Shown here: piece after piece, positions 8,605-18,572 of the stretch | How the letters are laid out: each line of letters starts with the position of its first letter | Position numbering within the stretch: position 1 is the first letter of the stretch | From: Candidatus Micrarchaeia archaeon | GTDB taxonomy: Archaea > Micrarchaeota > Micrarchaeia > Micrarchaeales > CABMGC01 | NCBI GenBank assembly: GCA_049964835.1 | Contig: JBMFWW010000005.1 | Span: forward strand, 1-35,647 | Length of the DNA stretch: 35,647 nt | Direction: 5' to 3' | Program-made: the position numbers and the translations under genes | Notes under the pieces: model-generated | Database searches by the model: none | Seen by the model: only the letters and a program-made list of their open reading frames with translations | What the model was told of the DNA's origin: nothing

Positions 8605-10089
8605 GTGTTTATATTGGAAAAATCAAAACGTTTATATCTTATAGGAATAGATTCTGCACCTTTATGGCTAGTTGAGGAGCTTTCAAAAAATAATAATTTA
8701 AAAGGTTTTAGTACATTTCTTGAAAAAGGAATGATAACTGAGATTGATTCTACAATGCCACCTATGACTGGAGCCGCATGGCCAACTATATATACTGGAA
8801 AAAATCCATCTGAGCATGGTGTCCCTGATTTTTTTGAGATGAAAAGCGACTACACTCCAGACCTTGCATTCTATAATGATGAAAAAACACCTCCTTTTTG
8901 GAAAAAACTAACTGAGAACAATTATAAATGTCTTGTAATAACACCTGCGATGGTAACTACTCTCCCAACATATAAAAATATAGATTTTATAAGTGGTTTT
9001 CCATTAAAGGCAAAAACAAATTCCGTATTGATGCAGTCTCTAATGAAAAAGTATGACTTTACTGGGGAACCCGATATAGAAAAAGATATGAAAGCAGGCA
9101 AAATGTCTGAAGAGGAAGCAGTAATACACTTTACAAAAAGTATAAATTCTAGATCAAAGATTGCAATGGAAGCAATGAAAAAGAATAGTTATAATTTTGT
9201 TTATGTATGCTTTACCGAGACTGACAGACTTCAGCATTTTGTTCTAAACAAAGAAAATTACAAAGAACTTCTTTTACCTATCTACTCCTCAATAGACAAC
9301 TTTATCAAGTTTTGCATAGATCGTGCAGAAAAAGAAAACGGCGTTGTTATGTTAATTTCAGATCATGGTGCANNNNNNNNNNNNNNNNNNNNNNNNNNNN
9401 NNNNNNNNNNNNNNNNNNNTAACTTTGCTTATTTAAAAGAGAGTGTAATAAAGAGCATGGAAAAAACAAGTACCTCGAAAACCTCTCTTTCTTATTCAGT
9501 AAGAGAAAAAGTTATGAAAACAAAATTAAGAAGAGTTTATGATAAGCTTCCTCATACTGCTAAAAAGGTAATTCATAAATCTGTAGGAACAGTTTTATCA
9601 TCAGCATCTTCTTCAGATTACACACGACTTCATCTATTTGATTATGAAATGAGCAAAACAATCGCATTTGCAGGAATATCAAATATAAATGTAGCTACAA
9701 TATTCATAAATGATAAAAGATTTGAAAAAGGTATAGTAAAACCAGAGCAAATATCTACAATAAAGAAGAGGCTTGCAAAAGAATTAGTAACAATAACAGA
9801 TTCAAAAGGAAATAAAATAATAAAAAATGTTTACGACGCCCTTCTTTATTACAATAAAAAACCACAATTTATAGCTCCAGATCTTTTTGTAGAGGCGATG
9901 CCTAATTATTCTATAGATATATTCAACTTTTCAAAGAAAACAATATTCATGAAGCCGGAACCTCCCAAGCGTGGAGATCATACAAGAATGGCTATATTTG
10001 GCGCATACACACCAAAATCTAAACCAAACATATCTAATATAAAAATAAATCAAATAGCTGCTACAATACAAAAATACTTCAATTTATGA
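8605..10089 (+). CDS. Alkaline phosphatase superfamily (type I phosphodiesterase/nucleotide pyrophosphatase-like) protein; N-gap 9373-9419
   Basis: IGIDSA, STMPPMTGAAWPTIYTGKNPSEHG (Thr nucleophile), ETDRLQH, ISDHG, GDH. Confidence 0.85.
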   Translation: MFILEKSKRLYLIGIDSAPLWLVEELSKNNNLKGFSTFLEKGMITEIDSTMPPMTGAAWPTIYTGKNPSEHGVPDFFEMKSDYTPDLAFYNDEKTPPFWKKLTENNYKCLVITPAMVTTLPTYKNIDFISGFPLKAKTNSVLMQSLMKKYDFTGEPDIEKDMKAGKMSEEEAVIHFTKSINSRSKIAMEAMKKNSYNFVYVCFTETDRLQHFVLNKENYKELLLPIYSSIDNFIKFCIDRAEKENGVVMLISDHGAXXXXXXXXXXXXXXXXNFAYLKESVIKSMEKTSTSKTSLSYSVREKVMKTKLRRVYDKLPHTAKKVIHKSVGTVLSSASSSDYTRLHLFDYEMSKTIAFAGISNINVATIFINDKRFEKGIVKPEQISTIKKRLAKELVTITDSKGNKIIKNVYDALLYYNKKPQFIAPDLFVEAMPNYSIDIFNFSKKTIFMKPEPPKRGDHTRMAIFGAYTPKSKPNISNIKINQIAATIQKYFNL

Positions 10090-10150
10090 AGTTTCAAAAA
10101 GTTTAAAAAATATAAAAAGAAGAAATTAAAAAACAGAAAAATCAAAAAGT

Positions 10151-11275
10151 TCAAGTCTTAAAAATTATGCTTGTTACGAGTTTTCCTTCTAATAGGCGTT
10201 CTATAATATCCGCATAGCTCTGTAAGTTTTCATCATTATCAAACTGCTTTGAAAACTCCAAAGCATTTCTTGCAAGCTCTTTTCTCAATGACTCCCTTTT
10301 GTATAAATCGTAAAATNNNNNNNNNNNNNNNNNNNNNNNNNNNNNNNNNNNNNNNNNNNNNNNNNNNNNNNNNNNNNNNNNNNNNNNNNNNNNNNNNNNN
10401 NNNNNNNNNNNNNNNNNNNNNNNNNNNNNNNNNNNNNNNNNNNNNNNNNNNNNNNNNNNNNNNNNNNNNNNNNNNNNNNNNNNNNNNNNNNNNNNTGAAA
10501 CAAAAAATCCTGCAGAGTTATACATTCTAACAAGATTCTTTTCATCCATGTAACTCATGAACTTTATATTTTTTTCTAATGAGTTAATCTTCACATACTC
10601 TTTGTATTTTTTTTCATCAGGCCCATTTCCTATTATTGTAATTAAATGCTTGCCTCTAAGCTCTGGATTAAGCGTAGCTACTCTCTCTATTCCTTTTATA
10701 AGAAGCCCTACCTTCTTTTGCTTCTCATCTAATCTTCCAACATATATTGCGCTGTTTGTTTTATTACCAACAAGAATAATCTTAAATGCCTTATTAGGAG
10801 TTATAGGCAGATAACACAGCTGCGTTTTTTCTTTGAAATACGTCTTTGCAAATCTGTACTGATTTGCAGACAGTGCAATATAACACGTTAACCATTTTTT
10901 CATCCTAGATATAAGATACTGTCTAATGATCATCTTAGGAAGAAGCTTTTTAACTTTTGCATTTTTAAAGTTTAATAAAACATTTCCTCTATCTACATAA
11001 ATATACTTCGCATTCTTGCTTTTTCCACCTATAAGATACTTTATTACAAAAGGTACATCCCTTATAGAGTTCATTAAAACTGCATCGTAGCGTGTTTTTT
11101 TCATCTTTACTAAATCAATACTTTTAATATTAGGATCTATTTTTTTAAAATCTGCAAAAAGTTCTACATTGTACTCTTTATTTTGTTTTAGGTAACTGTA
11201 TATATCATAAGTAGCGTTTGCAGCGCCACCAAAGGTTTTAAAAGAGCCAGACTCCATCACTAAGATATTTTTCAT
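10151..11275 (-). CDS. GT4 (GT-B fold) glycosyltransferase; N-gap 10317-10495
   Basis: FGGA, YVGRLDEKQKKV, IIGNGPD, YNSAGFFVS; the ExF motif region falls in the gap. Confidence 0.85.
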   Translation of the reverse strand: MKNILVMESGSFKTFGGAANATYDIYSYLKQNKEYNVELFADFKKIDPNIKSIDLVKMKKTRYDAVLMNSIRDVPFVIKYLIGGKSKNAKYIYVDRGNVLLNFKNAKVKKLLPKMIIRQYLISRMKKWLTCYIALSANQYRFAKTYFKEKTQLCYLPITPNKAFKIILVGNKTNSAIYVGRLDEKQKKVGLLIKGIERVATLNPELRGKHLITIIGNGPDEKKYKEYVKINSLEKNIKFMSYMDEKNLVRMYNSAGFFVSXXXXXXXXXXXXXXXXXXXXXXXXXXXXXXXXXXXXXXXXXXXXXXXXXXXXXXXXXXXXFYDLYKRESLRKELARNALEFSKQFDNDENLQSYADIIERLLEGKLVTSIIFKT

Positions 11276-12279
11276 TTTATCATATCTACGATTCCTATGC
11301 CTGAAAATGTGTCATTGTCATAAATTGCAAATCTTCCAAGCTCAGGTATTTTATCAAATTTATCAATATATATTTTATCTTCGATTCTTATTAAAACCTT
11401 TGCCGCAGATAATGGCTTTATTTTGTTTTTGTTTACCTCCTCTCCAGTTTTCAGATCTATTGTTTTGTTTATTTTAATGCTTTTGCAGTTTACTTTAGAA
11501 CCATTTATCAATACTGATAGATGTCCATTCATATTTCTTATAAAAAATACTGTCGCTAGTATCTCTCTAGATGGTTTTTGTTTGTTATCAAGTCCTATAA
11601 GAACCGAACCTCTTATAGTACTTTTTGGCTCATTTTCAAGTGCAAACGCAACATTTTCACCAACGGTAGCTTTTTTAACAGAGTCTCCTCTTACTACAAT
11701 ATTTTTAATGTTAGTTATCTCTTCAGAAGGCATAATTTTTAACGATGTATTTTTTTCTATAGAACCAGAAAGTACCTTTCCTGTAACTATTTTTTTGTCA
11801 TTGCCTAAAGTTCCTTGCAGTAAAACTGCGACTTCATTTTTCTTTTCTGGACTTTTGTTGGTAAGTTCTATCAAAGAGTTTATCAACGCTGACCCTTTAT
11901 ACCAACTCATATTTTTACTTTTTTTAATAAGCATTTCTCCAGTATATGCAGATATAGGCACAAAATCAAGATTCTCCTCTTTGAAACCTATATTTATAAG
12001 ATACATCAAAAGCTCCGATTTCATCTCTTCAAATATCTTTTTATCATAACCTGCAAGGTCCATCTTATTTATCGCAACAACTATCTTTTGTATGCCTAAC
12101 ATTTTTGCTATGAAAAGGTGCCTTCTTGTTTGCATCTTTATCCCTTCATCCTTTTTTGTAGATACCATAAGCAAAGCAGCATCAGCATATGACGCACCGC
12201 TTATCATATTCTTTGTAAGCTCTTCATGTCCCGGCACGTCTATGAATTCAAATGCAAAGTTTCCATACTTTATTTGGAC
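11272..12279 (-). CDS. cysN: Sulfate adenylyltransferase large (GTPase) subunit, 5' part lost in N-gap 12280-12618
   Basis: FIDVPGHEELTKNMISGASYAD, QTRRH, INKMD, PISAYTG, LGRFAI; directly downstream of cysD. Confidence 0.8.
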   Translation of the reverse strand, partial: VQIKYGNFAFEFIDVPGHEELTKNMISGASYADAALLMVSTKKDEGIKMQTRRHLFIAKMLGIQKIVVAINKMDLAGYDKKIFEEMKSELLMYLINIGFKEENLDFVPISAYTGEMLIKKSKNMSWYKGSALINSLIELTNKSPEKKNEVAVLLQGTLGNDKKIVTGKVLSGSIEKNTSLKIMPSEEITNIKNIVVRGDSVKKATVGENVAFALENEPKSTIRGSVLIGLDNKQKPSREILATVFFIRNMNGHLSVLINGSKVNCKSIKINKTIDLKTGEEVNKNKIKPLSAAKVLIRIEDKIYIDKFDKIPELGRFAIYDNDTFSGIGIVDMIK

Positions 12280-12618
12280 NNNNNNNNNNNNNNNNNNNNN
12301 NNNNNNNNNNNNNNNNNNNNNNNNNNNNNNNNNNNNNNNNNNNNNNNNNNNNNNNNNNNNNNNNNNNNNNNNNNNNNNNNNNNNNNNNNNNNNNNNNNNN
12401 NNNNNNNNNNNNNNNNNNNNNNNNNNNNNNNNNNNNNNNNNNNNNNNNNNNNNNNNNNNNNNNNNNNNNNNNNNNNNNNNNNNNNNNNNNNNNNNNNNNN
12501 NNNNNNNNNNNNNNNNNNNNNNNNNNNNNNNNNNNNNNNNNNNNNNNNNNNNNNNNNNNNNNNNNNNNNNNNNNNNNNNNNNNNNNNNNNNNNNNNNNNN
12601 NNNNNNNNNNNNNNNNNN

Positions 12619-13288
12619 TCTTTGCATTTGATTTTATTGGAACTGTGCAGTGAGTACAACCCAGACTTCTATATCTAAAGCCATTTCTAGAGAAATAGAG
12701 AGGATTCATTGGTATTTTTTCTCTTTTTGTATAATTCCAAATATCTATCTCATTCCAATCAAGCAAAGGATGTACTCTAACATGGCCCCCTCTTCCTAAT
12801 TCTGATAGATAGTTGCCCCATACCTCTGCAGGTTGGTTCTTATAATTCCATTTAAACTCCTTTGTCCTTGGACTTACATATCTTTCCTTAGCTCGTATTC
12901 CGTGCTCGTCTCTTCTTATTGATACTATGAGCGCGTCAAAGCCACGTTCTTTCATCAACTTTTTAAGTGCAACAGTTTTATTTGCTCCACAGCAGGCAAA
13001 GCCTGACATCTCTGGTTTTATCTCGCTTTTTGCCACAATAAGATCAAGATTCCATTTCTTTGCAAGCTCATCCCTGAATTTGTAAGTTTCTGGAAAGTCT
13101 ATTCCATTGTCTATGTGTATTACGGGAAAAGGCACCTTTCCAAGAAAAGCCTTTCTAGCCAGCATTAGCATAGATGTACTATCCTTTCCCATACTCCAAA
13201 GAGCTGCGACATTCTTAAAGTTGTTAGTTGCTTCTCTTATTATATAAATACTTTTTTCTTCAAGTTCTTTTATATCTTGTATAATCAT
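12619..13288 (-). CDS. cysD: Sulfate adenylyltransferase small subunit, 3' end lost in N-gap
   Basis: LEEKSIYIIREA, WSMGKDS, RRDEHGIRAKER, HVRVHPLLDWNE, YRSLGC; ATG 13288 preferred over TTG 13300. Confidence 0.9.
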
Positions 13289-13301
13289 TTTATCAACCAA
13301 A

Positions 13302-13583
13302 TTAATTATTTAGTATTTCTAGACCTACTAAGTATATTGTTGCTCCAGTTAGTTTTTTACCTTCAGTCATGAATATCGGTATTTTTCCCAACAATTTTTT
13401 CTTATCATCAAAGAGTTCAGCATAAGACTTTCTAAGATCTTGTTCATTGTTAATCTTGCCTTGTTCAAAAATTATTTTATAATATTTTGCATTGCTTTTC
13501 TTAAGATAATTTCTGAATTTTTCCCAATTCTCTTTGTTTTGTTTTTTCCATAACTCATTTTCTATATCTTTGAATGTATTCAT
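13302..13583 (-). CDS. Hypothetical protein in the cysDN operon
   Basis: 93-aa ORF tightly packed between the RHH gene and cysD. Confidence 0.65.
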   Translation of the reverse strand: MNTFKDIENELWKKQNKENWEKFRNYLKKSNAKYYKIIFEQGKINNEQDLRKSYAELFDDKKKLLGKIPIFMTEGKKLTGATIYLVGLEILNN

Positions 13584-13587
13584 TTAA

Positions 13588-13815
13588 TCAACCAGTATAA
13601 CCAAGCGCCTCTAATTTTTTAATGACTGTGCTTTTTTCATTTTTATCTTTATTTTCCATATCTATCATAGTTTCACGCAATACAAAGGTGACCCAATCTG
13701 AAACAGAAGAAAAACCAGTATTCTGTATGCTTTTTTTGATGTTGTCAAACAAAGGTTGCGGTATAGTTATAGTTGTATACTTCCTTGCTATCTTATTCGT
13801 TTTTTTATTAGGCAT
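13588..13815 (-). CDS. Ribbon-helix-helix (CopG-like) protein with C-terminal LxxLGY motif
   Basis: YTTITIPQPLFDNIK...TGFSSVSDWVTFVLRE; ends VIKKLEALGYTG. Confidence 0.85.
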   Translation of the reverse strand: MPNKKTNKIARKYTTITIPQPLFDNIKKSIQNTGFSSVSDWVTFVLRETMIDMENKDKNEKSTVIKKLEALGYTG

Positions 13816-14048
13816 CTACTCACTTAATAATGTATTATAATGTAATTTAATGTTATAACATTAAGATATATAAAGGTATCTGTACTTTGGCTTTGCTAAT
13901 ATTTTCATTTCTGTTAATAAATTATGAAAGTTGCTAACATATTCCTTAAAAATACTATTATTTGGCAAATTACTATACTTTTACTTATTTTAGCTTAAAA
14001 ATAAGAATAACTCTATAAATTAAAAATTACAAAAGCAGTTAGAAATAG

Positions 14049-15140
14049 CTAATTTCTAATTAAACCGTACAATTTATTGCGCATATCTCTTACTTCTCCT
14101 GGACCTCCAAAAACAAGTGAGCTGTATATTTGAATAGTATTTACTCCCATATCAATAATTTCATTAACATTTTTATGCGAGACTCCTCCTACTGCATTTA
14201 GAATAAAGTCATTGCCCATATCACTTCTATAATCATGAACATTTCTTTGTAGCGTACTAAAAATAGGTTCTCCACTCATACCTCCTGCACCCATTGTAAG
14301 CCTTTCATCTTTTACAGGTACTGTATTTATTGCAGTTATACCATCTCCAACTGTACTTAACCATCTACAAGCCAATTCAAAATTAGCCTTTTTCTCATTT
14401 TTATTTGTGTGCGGTGGCATTTTCAAAAGAAGAATTGTATTTGAAAAGTTGTCATTTTTAAATACACAGGTTAGTTCCTTAAACAAATCGTTTTGTAAAA
14501 AAACGCGCACTCCTTTTGTGTTCGGTGAGGAAAAGTTAGCCTCTATCATCTTTATTCTATGTGGTGTAAAGTGTGATATTCTTTCAACCATCATAGAAAA
14601 TTGCATAATCTGAAGGTTTTGCGAATCTGAATCACCCGGTTTAACCGAAACACTTATGCTTATCGGAGTTGTGCCTTTATAATTTGCTATATTCCCTAAT
14701 ACATTTTCCACGCCTAACGATGGAAAGCCCAAACAGTTTATTATTGCTTGTTTTTCATCTAATCTTATGCATCTTCTTTTTTCAATGCCATTTTCAGTAA
14801 TAACTTTAGGATTTTCACTATCTTTATACGGAAGAACAGTTCCAACCGTAACATAATCAAAAAGATTTGATAAAAAGTCTATTGCAACTCCATTTTTGTC
14901 AAAACCTGCAGCTAATCCGATAGGCCCCTCTAGTTCCAATTCCTTGTTATTTTTGCCCTTTAAAATAGTTTTTCTCCTATGCATTTTAGGTTTAAAATAT
15001 CTACTTATCAGATTCAAAGCAATGGGATTATCATTTCTTCTCATTTTCTCCAAAGCAATCTCGTGCACCTTTTCAAACTCTTCATTTCTTATAATTGGGA
15101 AAATACCTTTCTTGTAAATTTTAGTAGCTAAACTTTCCAT
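14049..15140 (-). CDS. pyrD: Dihydroorotate dehydrogenase, class 2 (quinone)-like
   Basis: PIGLAAGFDKNG, IINCLGFPS, NFSSPNT (Ser base), GGMSGEP, VGGV, QIYSSLVFGGP; ATG 15140 preferred. Confidence 0.85.
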   Translation of the reverse strand: MESLATKIYKKGIFPIIRNEEFEKVHEIALEKMRRNDNPIALNLISRYFKPKMHRRKTILKGKNNKELELEGPIGLAAGFDKNGVAIDFLSNLFDYVTVGTVLPYKDSENPKVITENGIEKRRCIRLDEKQAIINCLGFPSLGVENVLGNIANYKGTTPISISVSVKPGDSDSQNLQIMQFSMMVERISHFTPHRIKMIEANFSSPNTKGVRVFLQNDLFKELTCVFKNDNFSNTILLLKMPPHTNKNEKKANFELACRWLSTVGDGITAINTVPVKDERLTMGAGGMSGEPIFSTLQRNVHDYRSDMGNDFILNAVGGVSHKNVNEIIDMGVNTIQIYSSLVFGGPGEVRDMRNKLYGLIRN

Positions 15141-15364
15141 ATTTTTCTTTGGTCTATTCAGATATTTATTGTTTGTGATGCATAGGACGCAGAGCTTTAG
15201 GATAATTTCTAATCTAATAATAATTAGCAAGTTCAAACAGCCTTATTTAAAAACTCCAAATCTGTCCATAAACCCTGTACGTTGTCGAAAAATGAGTTTT
15301 TAAACAAAATCAGTTCAAACAAAAAGATTAAATTCTTTTAAAATATAATACTTCTGGTTATTTA

Positions 15365-17059
15365 ATGAAGATACTTCAAATGGATGTTGACAATATAACA
15401 TTTGAGCCTGTAAAACCAGAAGCTAGTATATACGAGGATGTCAAAAAAGAAAGGCACTCAATAGATAATACATTAGTGATATTTGTAACCGTAGAAACAG
15501 GTGACACGGTAGAAACTGGAGATAAGGCCATGGATGATACATTTGAGTATATGAAAAAGCTTGCAAGAACCTCTCTTGTTATATATCCTTTTGCACATTT
15601 AAGCGGAGATCTAGCTCCGCCTAAAGAAGCGATGCAGATACTAGATCATATGTATAAGCGTGTTCCTTCAGAGATAACTACAGTTAAAGCTCCTTTCGGC
15701 TGGAATAAGAAGCTCATTTTAGACATAAAAGCGCATCCGCTAGCTGAGCAGTCTAGGAGCTATGGTGCTTCCGGTTCGGAGAAGGTATATAAGAAGGCTA
15801 AGCCGGTAAGCAGAAACACTTCGATAGTAAAGAAAAGCTCGTGGGCCGGCCTTCCAGAGCAAGATCATAGAACAATAGGCGAAAAGCTAGATTTATACAG
15901 CTTTCAAGAGATCTCTCCAGCTATGGTTTACTGGCATCCTCATGGCCATACAATTTATAGAGAACTCATACGCTTAATGCGTGAGCTAGAGCATAAGTAT
16001 GATTATCTAGAAACTAGCACGCCTGTAGTAGCTAATCTAGCTCTTTGGCAGGTTAGTGGCCATCTAGATCATTATAAAGACAATATGTTCATATTCGATA
16101 CCGATTCTGGAGAGCACGGGCTTAAGCCTATGAACTGTCCAGCAACAATAATGATATATAAATCAAAGAAATGGAGCTACAGAGAGCTTCCCTTTAGGAC
16201 AGCTACATTTGATAAGCTATATAGAAGAGAGTTATCGGGAGTAGTAAGTGGTCTTTTACGTGTTCAAGAATTAACTCAAGATGATGGCCATATATTTATA
16301 AGGGAGGATCAGTTGCAGGAAGAGATATCTAACTTTTTGAAACTTGTAAAGGAAACATATTCTATCTTTGGAATGGAGTTCAAAGCCAATCTTTCAACAA
16401 TGCCTGATGATCACATGGGAGACGAAAAGCTTTGGCAAAATGCTGAAACTCTCCTTAAGAAAGCATTAGAATCAAACGGTATAGAGTATGGCATTAAGGA
16501 CAAAGACGGTGCCTTTTATGGCCCTAAAATAGATTTTGACGTTATAGATTCAATGGGCAGAAAGTGGCAGTGCTCAACAATACAATTAGATTATCAATTG
16601 CCACTGCGATTTAATCTTGAGTATACTGGAGAGGACGGTCTCGCTAAAACCCCTATAATAATACATAGAGCAGTTTTAGGTTCATTAGAACGATTCACCG
16701 CGGTAATGGTTGAACACTATCAAGGTAAGTTTCCTACATGGTTATCGCCTATGCAGGTAAGAGTTCTATCGATATCACAGCAAACAAACGATTACGCAGA
16801 AAAAATATACAAAGAACTCAAATTACATGGAATAAGGGCTGAACTTGACATTTCGGATAGAACCTTAGAGTATAAAGTTCGAGAAGGAATATCTCTAAAA
16901 CTTCCTTATATCTTAGTTTTGGGTAAAAAAGAAGAGGATGCATCTAAGGTTACTGTACGTTCACGTTCCGGAAAACAAAAGTTCAATGTAGAGTTAAACG
17001 AGTTTATAACTGAGATAGAAAAGGAGATAAAAGAAAGATCAAAAGAACTTCGTTACTGA
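15365..17059 (+). CDS. thrS: Threonine--tRNA ligase
   Basis: N-terminal archaeal editing domain (YPFAHLS, APFGW, HPLAE); core DHR, LKPMNCP, LLRVQELTQDDGH, GAFYGPKID, IHRAVLGSLERF; anticodon domain. Confidence 0.97.
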   Translation: MKILQMDVDNITFEPVKPEASIYEDVKKERHSIDNTLVIFVTVETGDTVETGDKAMDDTFEYMKKLARTSLVIYPFAHLSGDLAPPKEAMQILDHMYKRVPSEITTVKAPFGWNKKLILDIKAHPLAEQSRSYGASGSEKVYKKAKPVSRNTSIVKKSSWAGLPEQDHRTIGEKLDLYSFQEISPAMVYWHPHGHTIYRELIRLMRELEHKYDYLETSTPVVANLALWQVSGHLDHYKDNMFIFDTDSGEHGLKPMNCPATIMIYKSKKWSYRELPFRTATFDKLYRRELSGVVSGLLRVQELTQDDGHIFIREDQLQEEISNFLKLVKETYSIFGMEFKANLSTMPDDHMGDEKLWQNAETLLKKALESNGIEYGIKDKDGAFYGPKIDFDVIDSMGRKWQCSTIQLDYQLPLRFNLEYTGEDGLAKTPIIIHRAVLGSLERFTAVMVEHYQGKFPTWLSPMQVRVLSISQQTNDYAEKIYKELKLHGIRAELDISDRTLEYKVREGISLKLPYILVLGKKEEDASKVTVRSRSGKQKFNVELNEFITEIEKEIKERSKELRY

Positions 17060-17090
17060 TTTTCATATTTATTATTAGGTTTGATTACTT

Positions 17091-17153
17091 CTACAAAATT
17101 ATAACTATTATTACTCCTATTCCTACTATTTCTTTTGATGCTATAAAATCACC
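17091..17153 (-). pseudogene. Possible relic of a signal-anchor gene start
   Basis: GGTGA SD, then ATA GCA TCA AAA... reading (I)ASKEIVGIGVIIVIIL* on the minus strand. Confidence 0.3.
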
Positions 17154-17282
17154 TATGGTCTATCAAATATATATTATATGATGGTTTCTTTAGGACATTA
17201 TAATTACTTATTCCAAAAGCTAAAGATGGTTCATAAGTTTTTTATATCCTTATTGGTATATTTAATCATAAAGTGTTATTTC

Positions 17283-17930
17283 ATGAGTGAACTTTCAATA
17301 ATAGTAGATAATAGGGAAAGAAACTATGAACTTCTTGAAGGTCTTTCACAAAGCAATGTAAAAATAGTTTTTAAACAACTTCCTGTTGGTGATTACATAA
17401 TATCTGAAAGGATGTGTGTAGAAAGAAAAACAATAACTGATTTTGAAAGTTCAATAATAGATTCAAGAATATTTGATCAAGCTGATCGTTTAAGTAAAAG
17501 TTTTACCAAACCTATTCTTATCTTAGAAGGGGATATAAACAATACAAACTTAGGAAGAAATGTTATATTGGGAACAATTCTCACTCTTTATAGAAAGTAT
17601 AGTATATTGGTTATAAACTCAATTTCACCAGAGGAAACATCTTATTTATTATTAAAATTTGCAGAAAAGGAGCAGTTAGAAGAAAAAAGAGAACCCAGAT
17701 TGGCAGGAATTAAAAAATCACATTCTAATTATGAGTCACAGATAATACTTCTTAGTTCTATTCCAGGGGTAGGTACAAAATTAGCAATTAATCTTCTAGA
17801 GAAATTTAAAAGTATAAAAAACATAGCAAACGCTACCCCGTCAGAATTAATGGAGATAGAAAAAATAGGCAAGAAAAAGGCAAATACCATAAGTTTTTTA
17901 CTTTCATCTAACTATACTACTGTTGATTAA
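17283..17930 (+). CDS. xpf: XPF/ERCC4 structure-specific nuclease (short form, nuclease plus HhH2)
   Basis: IIVDNRE, LPVGDYII, VERKTITDF, ILEG, IPGVG, IEKIGKKKA; ATG 17283 preferred. Confidence 0.9.
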   Translation: MSELSIIVDNRERNYELLEGLSQSNVKIVFKQLPVGDYIISERMCVERKTITDFESSIIDSRIFDQADRLSKSFTKPILILEGDINNTNLGRNVILGTILTLYRKYSILVINSISPEETSYLLLKFAEKEQLEEKREPRLAGIKKSHSNYESQIILLSSIPGVGTKLAINLLEKFKSIKNIANATPSELMEIEKIGKKKANTISFLLSSNYTTVD

Positions 17931-17931
17931 A

Positions 17932-18567
17932 ATGTCCAATTTCTTTAAAAATTTAACATTAAGTGGTGAAGAAAATGCGTTTATTCAATCAAAAACGCTT
18001 ACTGATTTTGCATTAAAAGCAAATAAAGAATTCAAGGAAATGATAAACAACAATTCAAAAAGGAGCACGATATCTAAAATAAGAAACTTGTCTGCAAAGG
18101 AGTACTTTTCTTTATCACATATGATAACTTCTGGCTCAATAGCTCCAAACATTTTAGATGATATGCTTTTATTGATAAATAAGGAAGAAAGCATACTTGA
18201 TTATCTTTTTGCATTAATGCGTCAATATCAAAGATATGGCTCCAACGATAAAAAAATAAACGAGTATTTAGACACTTCATTATTTTCATTCACTAAAAAT
18301 GCAGATGAATCAATAACTCTTCTATCAAAAATGCATAAAGCCAAAAAATTATCAATGGTTAAAAGTTATCGTTCAAGAATAAAAGAAATAGAAAATGAGG
18401 TTGACATGTTTAGGGATTCACTGCTTGATTTTGCATACACTGTAAAAACTGACTTTAAACTTTTTTATCATATAACTGAATTAGCTTACTTATGCGATAG
18501 TGTAATAGATTCATGCGAAGATTCCTCTGATTTGTTTTTGAGTATAATGCTTTCAATACTATCATAA
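17932..18567 (+). CDS. DUF47/PhoU-like helical protein
   Basis: IKEIENEVD and LCDSVIDSCEDSSD repeats typical of DUF47; about 210 aa. Confidence 0.7.
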   Translation: MSNFFKNLTLSGEENAFIQSKTLTDFALKANKEFKEMINNNSKRSTISKIRNLSAKEYFSLSHMITSGSIAPNILDDMLLLINKEESILDYLFALMRQYQRYGSNDKKINEYLDTSLFSFTKNADESITLLSKMHKAKKLSMVKSYRSRIKEIENEVDMFRDSLLDFAYTVKTDFKLFYHITELAYLCDSVIDSCEDSSDLFLSIMLSILS

Positions 18568-18572
18568 ATTTA

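Noticed and set aside
11272..12279. GTPase as EF-1alpha or SelB
   Set aside because: Adjacency to cysD and the QTRRH and LGRF motifs fit CysN better
12092..12678. ORFs spanning the N-gap, including a cysD-cysN fusion
   Set aside because: They are open only because of the Ns; the true boundaries cannot be seen
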